64,000 nucleotides of DNA. Source: Bdellovibrionales bacterium GWA1_52_35. Lineage in GTDB: Bacteria > Bdellovibrionota > UBA1018. Position numbers and translations under genes: made by a program. The notes under the pieces are model-generated. The model saw nothing but the letters and a program-made list of their open reading frames with translations. It was not told the origin of the DNA and did no database searches. This document shows, in pieces, positions 54,824-64,000 of this stretch. Location of the stretch: contig MEPO01000027.1 in assembly GCA_001769805.1 (NCBI GenBank), positions 75,276 through 139,275 on the forward strand. The letters run 5' to 3'. The stretch's first letter is position 1. Each line of letters opens with the position of its first letter.

Positions 54824-56418
54824 AACCCTTCTCTCCGCGGCATGCCATTCGCTGTGGAAGCCAAAGCCTCCGCCTGTTTAATCTTGGCTGTAAGTGCAGC
54901 CAGGGCGTTTCTTGCGCTGGATACAGATTCTTCCACCTGGGTGGCATGCCCCTGCAACGGGACAGTGGTGGTGAAATAAGCGTGATGAAATTTATGCGCC
55001 CTCTGGGTGGCCTGTCCGGCATCCACTGTGGATTTGTAAAGAGCTCCGTAAAAATATTCTTTATCCAGAATGCTGGGAGACCAGCGAAGGAAAGACTGAT
55101 TCAGGTTTCCGTCAAAAGCACTCCACTGTTTCGAAAAGGCGGCCCAAAGTTTTTTTTGGGCGGGATTCAGTTTCCCTTTTTTCAGTGCATTGTATTTGGA
55201 TATCGAAAGATTCAGATGGTCTTCGATTGTCTTCGCGAAAAGTCTGACTTCAGTCAGCTCAGTCTGGGCTTTTTCGCGCAAACGATCATGATACTCCTTC
55301 AGCCTGGCCGAGTAGCTTGCATCTTTTGCCCCCCCCAGAAAGTACTGCTTCACCGCAATGACCTTGCGTCCTTGTGGCAGAGAGGTCTGGGTTTCTGTCA
55401 GGCGATTCACTGTATCTGCCGTGGCTTTGCCGATCACGTCCCGGATTGCATCCATTTGCTGTTCGGCTTCCATTGCATAAACGATGTACTGCCCTCGCGG
55501 GATCATTTGTCCCTCCGAAAGCCGGAGGGGCTCTGTTTTCCCCAAACGCTTCAGCACGGTTCCCGTAGTCATCGCGAAAAACGATGTCTGGTTCAGCAGC
55601 GTGTCGGCTAAACCCACCACGAAAATATCAAATCTGGCCCCGTCCGGGAGATTGGAACTCAGATAAAAGGTTGGGGAAGAGGTATTTGTTTTGGAGAGTG
55701 CCAGAGCCACTTTCAAGGAATCCGGCTCCAACTTGGCAAGCGCGGCATTTTTCAGCTGCTCATAATCATCGGGACTGACATCGTTCAAAGAGGGTATGGG
55801 AGAAATCCATTGTCCCAACGCGGGAACTGTTTCAATGGCCTTCAGTAAATAGGGCTGTGCCGTCTCGGTCACCGTATTCATTCCGGCTCGCACTCCCGGG
55901 GAATTCAGAAAAGGATCAAGATAACCGAGGGTATAACCCAAAAATGTTCCCGTAATCCCAAGAAGAACCAGCAAAACCATGACAAGCCCGACAAAAGATC
56001 CCTTTTTTCTTGCATGCTTTGGCTCTTCATCCTGCTTGTATTTTGCTGACTCCGGGGACTCCGGGCGCTCCGGGGCTGCGGCAAGGACAATCTGAGGTTC
56101 CGGTTGTTGAGCCACAACGTTCTGAACGGGTTCCAAGACGATCGATCTGGAAATGGAAGGCTCGGCCAACTCTGCAGAACTTTGCGAATTAGCCTCGGTG
56201 AATGACTCTGGACCTGCCGTGGTGGCGAGCTTCACCAGCATTGAGAATGCAGGAATTTCAGCCATTGCCTTCCAATCCGGCATCCCGTCACACCAGACAA
56301 AATTCGTCGAGGTAATCTGGTGACCTTTTATCTTCGCTTCAATCTCAGCAAGCGCAAAAGGACCCTCGTGATGGTCACCGATGTAGACAAACCATTTCTT
56401 TTCATTATAGCCGTCCAT
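54820..56418 (-). CDS. GYF_2 (DUF4339) domain membrane protein
   Basis: WFV.....EGPF....I...I.....VW.DGM.DW...AEIP.F, then linker, single TM and large C-terminal domain. Confidence 0.82.
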   Translation of the reverse strand: MDGYNEKKWFVYIGDHHEGPFALAEIEAKIKGHQITSTNFVWCDGMPDWKAMAEIPAFSMLVKLATTAGPESFTEANSQSSAELAEPSISRSIVLEPVQNVVAQQPEPQIVLAAAPERPESPESAKYKQDEEPKHARKKGSFVGLVMVLLVLLGITGTFLGYTLGYLDPFLNSPGVRAGMNTVTETAQPYLLKAIETVPALGQWISPIPSLNDVSPDDYEQLKNAALAKLEPDSLKVALALSKTNTSSPTFYLSSNLPDGARFDIFVVGLADTLLNQTSFFAMTTGTVLKRLGKTEPLRLSEGQMIPRGQYIVYAMEAEQQMDAIRDVIGKATADTVNRLTETQTSLPQGRKVIAVKQYFLGGAKDASYSARLKEYHDRLREKAQTELTEVRLFAKTIEDHLNLSISKYNALKKGKLNPAQKKLWAAFSKQWSAFDGNLNQSFLRWSPSILDKEYFYGALYKSTVDAGQATQRAHKFHHAYFTTTVPLQGHATQVEESVSSARNALAALTAKIKQAEALASTANGMPRREGL

Positions 56419-56490
56419 TTTAAGCCACTTCTCCTGCCCATAGAGTGTAAGTGAAAAATTTCCGTGAATCAAATGTTAGCGCACGAAATA

Positions 56491-58347
56491 TCAGGCTTTT
56501 TTCGACTTGCTGATCATCTCAAGAATGCGCGCATCAATAAACGAGCCCCCTTCGCTCAAAGTCGCTTCGGCCTTCCTCAAAAGGACCTCAACCCGGCTCT
56601 GCATCTCCGAAACGTAAGCGGGGTCCCGAATATCTTTCAGATTGATGGAAACATTCCAGAGTGCGCCCCGAATACCGGCAAAAGCCATTTGCATCCCGAC
56701 CGCTGCATCCGTAATGGAATTGGGATTGCCCAAAGCAGAAACCTCTTTGGCCAGCAGCATGGCTTCAAAGCTCGCCTGAGCCGTACGCCAGGGAACATCG
56801 ATGGCGATCTTCATGCCCTGCTGCATCTGCAGAAGACGTCGCGCCTTTTCCTCGGGAGTACCCTGGGGCAGGCGTCGCGCTTCCATAAAGGCATTAAAAG
56901 CATTCGTATCGTCATCCACACCGGACAGAAGCTGATCCTTGAGGACCTGAGCCCGCTCAGCGATTCGGTTCAAGGCTGGATCCTTCTCTTCGGTTCCTTC
57001 CTTCCCATGGGTCAGATTTGCGACCATTGAGGCGAGCGAGGCACCCAGTGCTCCCGCCAAAGCGGCAATAGAACCTCCGCCCGGTGCTGGAGTATCCCTG
57101 GAAACCTCGTCGGCCAAAGCGCGAACGGGCATTTGGACGAGTGCGTTTTGCGCATCAACCGGGAGACCAATGAGTTTTTTCTGCATGTCGAAAGGAGCGA
57201 TATCCGCCAGACCCATGGAAAACACGGCGGTGCGGAGGATGTCCTCAACAGGAATGCCCAATGCCCGCCCTTGCTTCTGGAGATAGAATTTTCCCGACTC
57301 CAGCAAAGCCGGATACGGAACCAAGCCGACGATTTCACTTCCGGTGACCACCAGCCCACGTTCAGCCGCAAGCTTCCGGGCTTCTTCCAGAACGGCATGA
57401 GCAGGGGTGATTTTGTAGTTCGTCAGATTGATTGAAATTTGTGCTCTTTTGAATTCGTCGACATACCAGCCAATGGCTTTACATTCCTTGAATTTGCCTG
57501 GGCGAAATACGTTTTTGCCGGAGAGCTGAGCAGGATCGATTTCGTTCGCCTGCAGAAGCGCCCCAAGGTCATAGGAATGGCTCTGGGTGCAATGATCTGA
57601 AATTTCCGGATAGGTTTTGCCAACGAAGGAACACGAACCACAGGGAAAGGCCCCGGGTGCATAGGCCAATTTCGTGCCTTTGAAGTAGTAAGGATGAATG
57701 CGGCCGGCTCGAGCCACTCTGCCTTTTTCGCGGAGTTCAAAGGCAATATCGGTTGCATGTTGCTTGTCACTGGAATTCAGGGTGATGTTGTAGGCAATCA
57801 GGAACTCCCGTGCGCCGATTACGGTTGCACCGGAGCGGGAATTCAGCTTTGCAGGTCCGAAATCGGGATGCCAATGCGGATCGCTTAATTTTTTATCCAA
57901 GCCTTCGTATTCACCGCGACGGATATCCGCCAGATTTTTTCGTTCAGGATTCGAAGCCGCAGCCTCATACAGATAAACAGGAATTCCAAGCTCCTCACCG
58001 ACTCTCGCACCCACCTGCCGCGCGATTTCCGCGCATTCAGCCATGGTAATGCCTTGAACCGGGACAAAAGGGCATACATCGGTGGCGCCCATTCGGGGAT
58101 GCGCACCTTTATGCTGGGACATATCGATCACCTGAGCGGCGCGCGCGATGCCTCGAAAGGCCGCTTCCGCGACTGCGTCGGGATTTCCGACAAAGGTCAC
58201 CACTGTACGATGAGTATCCGCACCCGGTTCAACACTCAAAAGACGGATACCCGGAACCGAGGTGATCGCATCGGTAATTTGTTGGATTTTAAAGGAGTCG
58301 CGACCTTCTGAAAAGTTGGGGACGCATTCGACTATACGCTGGGACAT
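56491..58347 (-). CDS. ftcd: Bifunctional glutamate formimidoyltransferase / formiminotetrahydrofolate cyclodeaminase
   Basis: ECVPNFSEGR, HRTVVT, GAHPRMGATDVCPF, GSEIVGLVP; cyclodeaminase PAPGGGS, NSITDA. Confidence 0.93.
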   Translation of the reverse strand: MSQRIVECVPNFSEGRDSFKIQQITDAITSVPGIRLLSVEPGADTHRTVVTFVGNPDAVAEAAFRGIARAAQVIDMSQHKGAHPRMGATDVCPFVPVQGITMAECAEIARQVGARVGEELGIPVYLYEAAASNPERKNLADIRRGEYEGLDKKLSDPHWHPDFGPAKLNSRSGATVIGAREFLIAYNITLNSSDKQHATDIAFELREKGRVARAGRIHPYYFKGTKLAYAPGAFPCGSCSFVGKTYPEISDHCTQSHSYDLGALLQANEIDPAQLSGKNVFRPGKFKECKAIGWYVDEFKRAQISINLTNYKITPAHAVLEEARKLAAERGLVVTGSEIVGLVPYPALLESGKFYLQKQGRALGIPVEDILRTAVFSMGLADIAPFDMQKKLIGLPVDAQNALVQMPVRALADEVSRDTPAPGGGSIAALAGALGASLASMVANLTHGKEGTEEKDPALNRIAERAQVLKDQLLSGVDDDTNAFNAFMEARRLPQGTPEEKARRLLQMQQGMKIAIDVPWRTAQASFEAMLLAKEVSALGNPNSITDAAVGMQMAFAGIRGALWNVSINLKDIRDPAYVSEMQSRVEVLLRKAEATLSEGGSFIDARILEMISKSKKA

Positions 58348-58421
58348 AGATTCATTCTCCGAGAAATGATCCTATTCCCCGCCAGAACCTGCGTCAAAGC
58401 CGTTCTTTTTGCCAGCCCGGG

Positions 58422-59426
58422 TCAAGCCGTTTTTTTTTCGCTTTGCCCTGAGTCATTTTGATTTTCGAGCTGCTCTTTCAGCTTCTGCATCAGACCGAGA
58501 TGAGCGATGACACTCGTCTTCAGCACTGTCACATCCGCATTGAACTTGCGCGCCAGGTCTGGAAATATCCGAGTACCCTCGCCGCCTTTTCCGTCTGAGC
58601 ACAAGGGGTCCAGCATGACTTCAATATCAGAGAGCTGCTCCTCAAAAAGCCGAAACCCATTCAGCTTCAACCCGGCTCCTTCACCCGCGGAGGCTTGCTC
58701 CATCTGTTCTGCCTGGGAGCAAACGGCAAGTCTGAGCGATTTCACGGTGGCCCGAACATCATAGAGGTGCTCACGGAGATAGATCAGTTCTTCCCGTGTT
58801 TGCACCGTGTGAGTTGCCAGCCCGTGAGCATCTTTCACCAAGTCCCGGAGTGCGCCTCCAAGCTGGGTAATGGCCACCTTGGATTCAGTAAGCCATTCCC
58901 CGTATTCGGGGCCGACAGCCGTCCTTTCCTTGGGTTTCGGAAGGACAGAAGGGGCGAACAAATACAGGCAAATGAAAAAAATCGAAAACAGGATAAAGAC
59001 GCTCAGATCATTTCCAAACTCAGAATTCGAGCCCAGAAAACCGCGGTATCCCAAGTTGATGCGCACCCGAAAACCCTCTCCGTTTTCAGGCTGGGCAACT
59101 TTTCCGTAATCCAAAATCCGGTTCTCTGCCCGAAAAGTCTCTATCGGCCCACCGGGTGCCCGCTGATATTTTGAGATTTTCATGGTGCGGGGTTCAACCG
59201 CCTGACTGAGAAATCCGATGGCCCAGCCCGCAGGGTCCGGTTTCCCTTGAGAGCGCCCATCAATCGCGAGTCCTTCAGCCTGCACGGCGATTTGGCGAGC
59301 CCACTGGAGCGCCTCATTATTCTGGTGCTCCAGGCTTCTGGAAAGATCCCAGGAATAAACCCCGGCCGTCATGACGGTCGCAAGTATCAGGCTGGCAATG
59401 ATCTTAAAGCGGGTAATCACACTCAT
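58422..59426 (-). CDS. Two-TM membrane protein with coiled-coil cytoplasmic tail (degenerate chemoreceptor-like topology)
   Basis: N-terminal TM, about 115-aa periplasmic region, second TM, helical tail without the MCP hairpin motif. Confidence 0.55.
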   Translation of the reverse strand: MSVITRFKIIASLILATVMTAGVYSWDLSRSLEHQNNEALQWARQIAVQAEGLAIDGRSQGKPDPAGWAIGFLSQAVEPRTMKISKYQRAPGGPIETFRAENRILDYGKVAQPENGEGFRVRINLGYRGFLGSNSEFGNDLSVFILFSIFFICLYLFAPSVLPKPKERTAVGPEYGEWLTESKVAITQLGGALRDLVKDAHGLATHTVQTREELIYLREHLYDVRATVKSLRLAVCSQAEQMEQASAGEGAGLKLNGFRLFEEQLSDIEVMLDPLCSDGKGGEGTRIFPDLARKFNADVTVLKTSVIAHLGLMQKLKEQLENQNDSGQSEKKTA

Positions 59427-59435
59427 CCAGTGGAC

Positions 59436-59462
59436 CTATCGGTTAAACCCTTGATTTACTTA
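59436..59462 (-). promoter_or_regulatory. Putative sigma-28 promoter
   Basis: TAAG-N15-ACCGATAG ending 9 nt before ATG 59426. Confidence 0.6.
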
Positions 59463-59537
59463 AGGACCCTTAAATGCGGCGCATCAGGTAATTGACTCTG
59501 GCTTTTATGCGTAGCGGCATGTAGGTTGACCCCAATT

Positions 59538-59765
59538 ATGGCCGATTTATTTCACAAAAGCCCGTCAGTCGGGAGCGTAATTAAGAAGCTTCTCGCCATC
59601 AACCCGGACTTAGACACTTCTCAGCTGATCGATATGGTCAGGCGGTCGACCTATAAATTGGGCGGAGATAATAATGAATTCGCAAATTCCGAATTGATCA
59701 ATGAAGAACAGGTGCTGAGCCTGGCTCGCGCAACGCTACGGCGAGAGAACAACGCTAATCTTTAA
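59538..59765 (+). CDS. Small hypothetical protein resembling the C-terminal helices of S8 subtilases
   Basis: VGSVIKKLLAINPDLDTSQLIDMVRRST...INEEQVLSLA. Confidence 0.5.
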   Translation: MADLFHKSPSVGSVIKKLLAINPDLDTSQLIDMVRRSTYKLGGDNNEFANSELINEEQVLSLARATLRRENNANL

Positions 59766-60393
59766 TCCGGTCCGTATTCGGTGGCGGGTTGAACGTAAAA
59801 TATTCATCCCCCAGGGGTTTACCCAATTCGATATTGCTCAGCGTGATCTCAGACCGGTTACCGCCTTCATTCTCAAGGGTCACTTTCGTGATCAACTTCT
59901 GGTCGGCATCCACCTGGATCTGAGCTTTGCGGACGGTTCCGGCGGTGCCCTTCTTGGGTACGAGCGTGAACCGCGTTTCGGATTCCTGCTTGATCGACAT
60001 CCCTTTGGCTTTGGAAAAAGAACCCGAAAGCAAAGCCTGTGCGAGCTGGGATTGGACCTGCGCTGATTTGCGCTCAATCACCTGACCATGCTCACCTTCA
60101 TCAAAAGGCGGCGTATAGAACCAGAATTTGCGCCCATCGCTGATCATCAGATTCATATCCGAACTGGGCTTCAAAGTTTCCCAGCGCACTTTGTTTGGAC
60201 GCCGGATGCGAATGAAACCGGAGGTGGTCGTCTTCTTGCCGAAAGTTGCTGACGTGTTTTCCTGAACGAACTCCACTTCAAGAGTAGCCTTCTGGGTGTA
60301 CTTTCGCTCAATTTCCTGCAGAAGCTTCGGTAATTCCGCCGCAAACACGTTTTGCAAAAAGCAGGCAATGAAGAAAAAGATTATCGTTCTCAA
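59755..60393 (-). CDS. lolA: Outer-membrane lipoprotein carrier LolA
   Basis: Signal peptide; F.Q, G.I.I.RPNKVRWE, ISDG..FW.Y, F.F.PP. Confidence 0.9.
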   Translation of the reverse strand: MRTIIFFFIACFLQNVFAAELPKLLQEIERKYTQKATLEVEFVQENTSATFGKKTTTSGFIRIRRPNKVRWETLKPSSDMNLMISDGRKFWFYTPPFDEGEHGQVIERKSAQVQSQLAQALLSGSFSKAKGMSIKQESETRFTLVPKKGTAGTVRKAQIQVDADQKLITKVTLENEGGNRSEITLSNIELGKPLGDEYFTFNPPPNTDRIKD

Positions 60394-60399
60394 TCTACC

Positions 60400-63300
60400 T
60401 CAGCGCATCTCGATGGAGATCATTTTTGAAACTCCCGGTTCTTCCATTGTAACACCGTAAAGGGTGTCATTGAGTTCCATTGTCTTTTTGTTGTGAGTGA
60501 TCAGAATAAACTGACTCTTAGCCGCCATCTCGCGTAGAAGCGCGTTGAATTTGCCGATATTCGCGTCATCCAAAGGCGCATCGACCTCGTCCAACACGCA
60601 AAATGGTGAGGGCTTGACCATGAAGATCGCAAAAATCAGGGAAACCGCGGTCAACGCTTTTTCGCCGCCCGAGAGCAAACCGATGTTCACGATTTTTTTG
60701 CCCGGAGGTTGGGCCAGAATGTCCACGCCTGCTTCGAGAATATCATGGCTTCCTTCGGGGTAGACGAGTGAAAGCTCAGCATAGCCGCCGCCAAAGATGA
60801 TCGGGAAGAGACGCTTGAAGCGATCCGCAATGGCTTCGAAGGCTTTGCGAAAGCGCTCTTCGGATGTTTTGTTGATGTGCTCGATCGCGGCTTGGAGATT
60901 TTCCAGGGACTTGTCCAGATCCGCTTTTTCCGTCAAGAGGCTGTCATACCGGACCTTCAGCTCTTCGTACTCTTCGATTGCCATGACGTTCACTTCGCCC
61001 AGCTTGCGAATACGATCACGAAGCCATTCGACTTCCTGACCCAGCGCCTGTTCTTCCTCAGCTGTCATTTCAGCCGTGATCACTGGTTCAGTCATTTCCT
61101 CCTGAACCGGGACAATGGTCGTCTGATCAAGGCAGCCTTGGCCGTATTTCTCCTCAAGATTCTGAACCAGGTGCGAAAGGTCGGAAGACAGCTTTTCGAC
61201 TTCGAGAGCGATCTGATTGGCGTTGGTGGACTTTTCGTCACCGGTTTTATGAAGTTCCTTGATGAGATCCAGGGCAGCATTCACTTTTGCGCTCGCGGTT
61301 TCAATCCGGTTTTTCACAACCGCAAGGTCCCCGCGCCCGCTGGCCAGTGCCAGGGAAAGCTCTTCAATCTTGACTGCCAACTCCTCTTCGCCACCGGTGA
61401 ACTGCTCTTTTTCCTGGGTCGCGCGTTCCAAGGTGCGCTGAATATCCGCCAGTCGTCGCTGACGATCAGATACGACGGTACGGCCGGTTTCCAGTTCACG
61501 CTTCAGGGAAGTTGCGCGTTCACGGATAGAGGCTTCTTCAACCCGAAGGGTCTGCTGTGCGCCTTCCTGCACCTGTACCTCAGAATCACGCGTCACCAGT
61601 TCGGTTTCACCCGCTTCGATGGCCGCTTCCAGAGCGCCGCGAGCCGCTGTGATCTCGTTCAAGCGATCTTCAATTTTAGCGCGTTCTTCGCGGGCCCGGA
61701 GTTCTTCGGATCGGGCTTCGTCCATCTCGGATTCAAGGTTCCTGAGCTGCTGCTCAAGATCTCGCTGTGTGCGCGCATTCTGGTGCACATCGCGCTCATA
61801 GCCTGCGGTCTGGACCTGAACTTCCTGAAGCTCGGTTTGGAGAGACTGGCAGGTACTGCGGATTTGCTCCAGCTTGCCGTGGGCAGTCGTATAAAGTGCC
61901 TCGGCTTCACCCTGCAATTGTTCCGCTTCGAGGACTTCTTCCTGCAGACTGGTGATAGCGCGCTTGCGGGTAATGAGCATGGCGCTGCTGTCGTTTTCGG
62001 TGCTGCCGCCACGCATGACGTAACCGGATTCCACGATGTCCAGCGTGCTTCCATCCATGCTGACCATGGACCAGATTCCCAGATTCAGGGCGCCGCCTTC
62101 TTCGATGAATTTTGCGATCTGGTCAAAAGAGCGGACGACCACGACATTCGCGATGATCGCGCCGGCCATTTCCTGCAAACCCTTGCTCAATGCAGTGTTG
62201 ATCTTGGCGAACTCAGAAAGTTCTCCCACGATTTCGAAACCGGCATTGTCCAGAAGATCGCAAACCTGCTTGAAAGCACCTTTTAAAGATGGATTAGTCC
62301 CACCAACTTGAATGGCAACCCGGCCCTGCTTGTTTTCCCGGATCTGACTGAGAGCCTCAGACGCGATCGAAGCATCTTCGGCGAGCAGGCTTTCGAGACG
62401 ACTTTCGAGCCAACCCTGAATGGCTGAATCAAAGCCTTCTTTCACTTCAAGGGTATCTGCAAGAGTCAGAAGCTGCTTGCTCTTTCCATTATTCCTGGCC
62501 CATTCAAGTGCGGCCTTGGGTCCGTCAGCCAGACCTTCATAGGCAGCAGCAAGTTCTTCCAGGCTCTGCAGCTTTGACTTGAGCTGGAGGGTGCGGTTCA
62601 TGGCTTCTTCGCGACCGTCTGCCAGTTCACGAATGGCAGAGTCGTTTTCGCGGAGTAAAGCGGTTTGCTCGTCCAACTCACCTTTCAACCGCTCACGCTT
62701 TCGCTTGAGCTCTTCAAAAATAGAGAGGGTCTTTTCGGATTCTTCGCGAGTCTCCGCGATCCTTTCTCCCAGCTGTTGAGACTGCTGAAGAAGACGTTCG
62801 ACCTGGGCATGTGCGGATTCCGTCCGACTCAGGAGAGAGGCGGCACGGGAGGTAAGATCCGAGCTCTGGGTGACCCCGTTCATGAGATCACGTTTGGTTG
62901 CTTCAAGTTGCTGACGGGTCGCCTGGGCTTCCTGGCGCAAACGCCGGACGAGTTCGTCCTGTTTCTGAACTTTATGGGCAGCCTCCTGGAAGACACGGCC
63001 CGAATCTTCGACTTCAGCCTCATGACCGGCAAGCCGTTCACGCTCCACTTCAATGGATTCTTCCAGCTGCTGCTTCTCAGAATCCAGGGCAGAAAGCTGA
63101 GAAGACAGGTCACCTTGGCGACGCCTGGAGAGATCCAGTGCACTCTGTTCACGGGTCAATTCATCCGAGAGCTGCTGCAACTTGGTCTGAAGTTCTTCTG
63201 CAAGCTTTGTATTATGGAGCTGCTCAATGCGGTCTACTTCGATCGCGTTCTCGGCAGTTTGTAGTTCCGCGCGCAAGCCTACAAGTTCCTGCTCCAGCGC

Positions 63301-64000
63301 CTGCTTATGCTGCAGAATGCCCTCGAGCTTCTGGCGAAGAACCTGGCTCTTGCGCCGACCCCAGGTCATTTCTTTGTCGAGAAGTTCATCCTTATATTTT
63401 TTGTAAAGACGTGCTTTCTGGGCCTGACGCTCGAGTGAACCAAGGTTCCTTTCGATTTCCTGAATGACATCATTCAGGCGCGACATGTTGGTCTGCGTGG
63501 CTTCGATTTTCCTGAGGGATTCTTTTTTGCGGGCTTTGTATTTGGCGATCCCGGCGGCTTCTTCAATCAGGAGCCGGCGCTCTTCAGGTTTGGCGTTGAC
63601 GATTTTTCCGATCTGTCCCTGCTCAATAACGGAGTAACCTTTGGCACCGACGCCGGTGTCCATGAAGAGTTCCTGGATATCTTTTAGACGGGCGGTAACA
63701 CCGTTAATGAAGTACTCACCTTCGCCACCGCGATAGAGCCGCCGGGTGACGGAAATTTCTTTGGTCTTCAGATGAATGGGAACATCTGTCGCCGTAGCGC
63801 CGGAAGGTAGCGCATCAGGATCGATGACATCGGTTTCCATGACCATGGTCGCTTCGGCCATGCCCAGAGGGGAGTACTTGGAGCTGCCGTTGAAGATGAG
63901 ATCTTCACTGCCGCTTCCGCGCATGTGCTTGTAGGACTGCTCTCCCATGACCCAGAAGAAGGCATCGACAATATTGGATTTTCCGCAACCGTTGGGTCCA
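60400..64000 (-). CDS. smc: Chromosome segregation protein SMC (5' end outside the window)
   Basis: GPNGCGKSNIVDA at the right edge, coiled coils, hinge, LLSGGEK, LDEVDAPLD, ITH. Confidence 0.96.
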   Translation of the reverse strand, partial: GPNGCGKSNIVDAFFWVMGEQSYKHMRGSGSEDLIFNGSSKYSPLGMAEATMVMETDVIDPDALPSGATATDVPIHLKTKEISVTRRLYRGGEGEYFINGVTARLKDIQELFMDTGVGAKGYSVIEQGQIGKIVNAKPEERRLLIEEAAGIAKYKARKKESLRKIEATQTNMSRLNDVIQEIERNLGSLERQAQKARLYKKYKDELLDKEMTWGRRKSQVLRQKLEGILQHKQALEQELVGLRAELQTAENAIEVDRIEQLHNTKLAEELQTKLQQLSDELTREQSALDLSRRRQGDLSSQLSALDSEKQQLEESIEVERERLAGHEAEVEDSGRVFQEAAHKVQKQDELVRRLRQEAQATRQQLEATKRDLMNGVTQSSDLTSRAASLLSRTESAHAQVERLLQQSQQLGERIAETREESEKTLSIFEELKRKRERLKGELDEQTALLRENDSAIRELADGREEAMNRTLQLKSKLQSLEELAAAYEGLADGPKAALEWARNNGKSKQLLTLADTLEVKEGFDSAIQGWLESRLESLLAEDASIASEALSQIRENKQGRVAIQVGGTNPSLKGAFKQVCDLLDNAGFEIVGELSEFAKINTALSKGLQEMAGAIIANVVVVRSFDQIAKFIEEGGALNLGIWSMVSMDGSTLDIVESGYVMRGGSTENDSSAMLITRKRAITSLQEEVLEAEQLQGEAEALYTTAHGKLEQIRSTCQSLQTELQEVQVQTAGYERDVHQNARTQRDLEQQLRNLESEMDEARSEELRAREERAKIEDRLNEITAARGALEAAIEAGETELVTRDSEVQVQEGAQQTLRVEEASIRERATSLKRELETGRTVVSDRQRRLADIQRTLERATQEKEQFTGGEEELAVKIEELSLALASGRGDLAVVKNRIETASAKVNAALDLIKELHKTGDEKSTNANQIALEVEKLSSDLSHLVQNLEEKYGQGCLDQTTIVPVQEEMTEPVITAEMTAEEEQALGQEVEWLRDRIRKLGEVNVMAIEEYEELKVRYDSLLTEKADLDKSLENLQAAIEHINKTSEERFRKAFEAIADRFKRLFPIIFGGGYAELSLVYPEGSHDILEAGVDILAQPPGKKIVNIGLLSGGEKALTAVSLIFAIFMVKPSPFCVLDEVDAPLDDANIGKFNALLREMAAKSQFILITHNKKTMELNDTLYGVTMEEPGVSKMISIEMR

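Noticed and set aside
60877..62286. 469-aa plus-strand ORF
   Set aside because: Antisense shadow of the smc coiled coil
1..64000. CRISPR arrays, IS/transposases, integrases, prophage, rRNA
   Set aside because: No spaced direct repeats, terminal inverted repeats or such protein motifs were seen by eye

Overview
A gene-dense bacterial chromosomal segment. The gene content (Tad/Flp locus, FHA/TPR and GYF_2 proteins, PilZ proteins, spirochete/planctomycete/delta-type EF-G, repeated sigma-28-like promoters) suggests a predatory Bdellovibrionota/Oligoflexia-like organism; this is inference only. 1-7.0 kb: a minus-strand Tad/Flp pilus operon (two Flp pilins, prepilin peptidase, three TadE/pilin-like genes, CpaB, CpaC secretin, CpaE-CpaF fusion ATPase) that continues off the left edge. 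7.2-14.8 kb: directly upstream, a translationally coupled 7-gene signalling operon (sensor-less His kinase, REC-PilZ, DUF192, three membrane FHA proteins, divergent PP2C). The middle is mostly housekeeping: ROK kinase, FtsK, CCA enzyme, NFACT/RqcH, RlmI, RlmL, ElbB, Rsm22-like MTase, MurJ, M4 protease, ABC1 kinase, Xth, Orn, EF-G, SecG, GT4/debranching enzyme, gap-pgk-tpi. 51-56.4 kb holds a c-di-GMP/motility cluster with an unannotated 53-aa FliF-C-terminus-like microprotein, followed by FTCD, LolA and a 5'-truncated smc. The window has several apparent pseudo-enzymes (HPt without His, biotin carboxylase without biotin Lys, M1 peptidase with HQxxH), stand-alone domain fragments and a candidate 6S-like RNA. 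I saw no rRNA, tRNA, CRISPR array or mobile element. All family calls are from motif recognition by eye; no database search was run.
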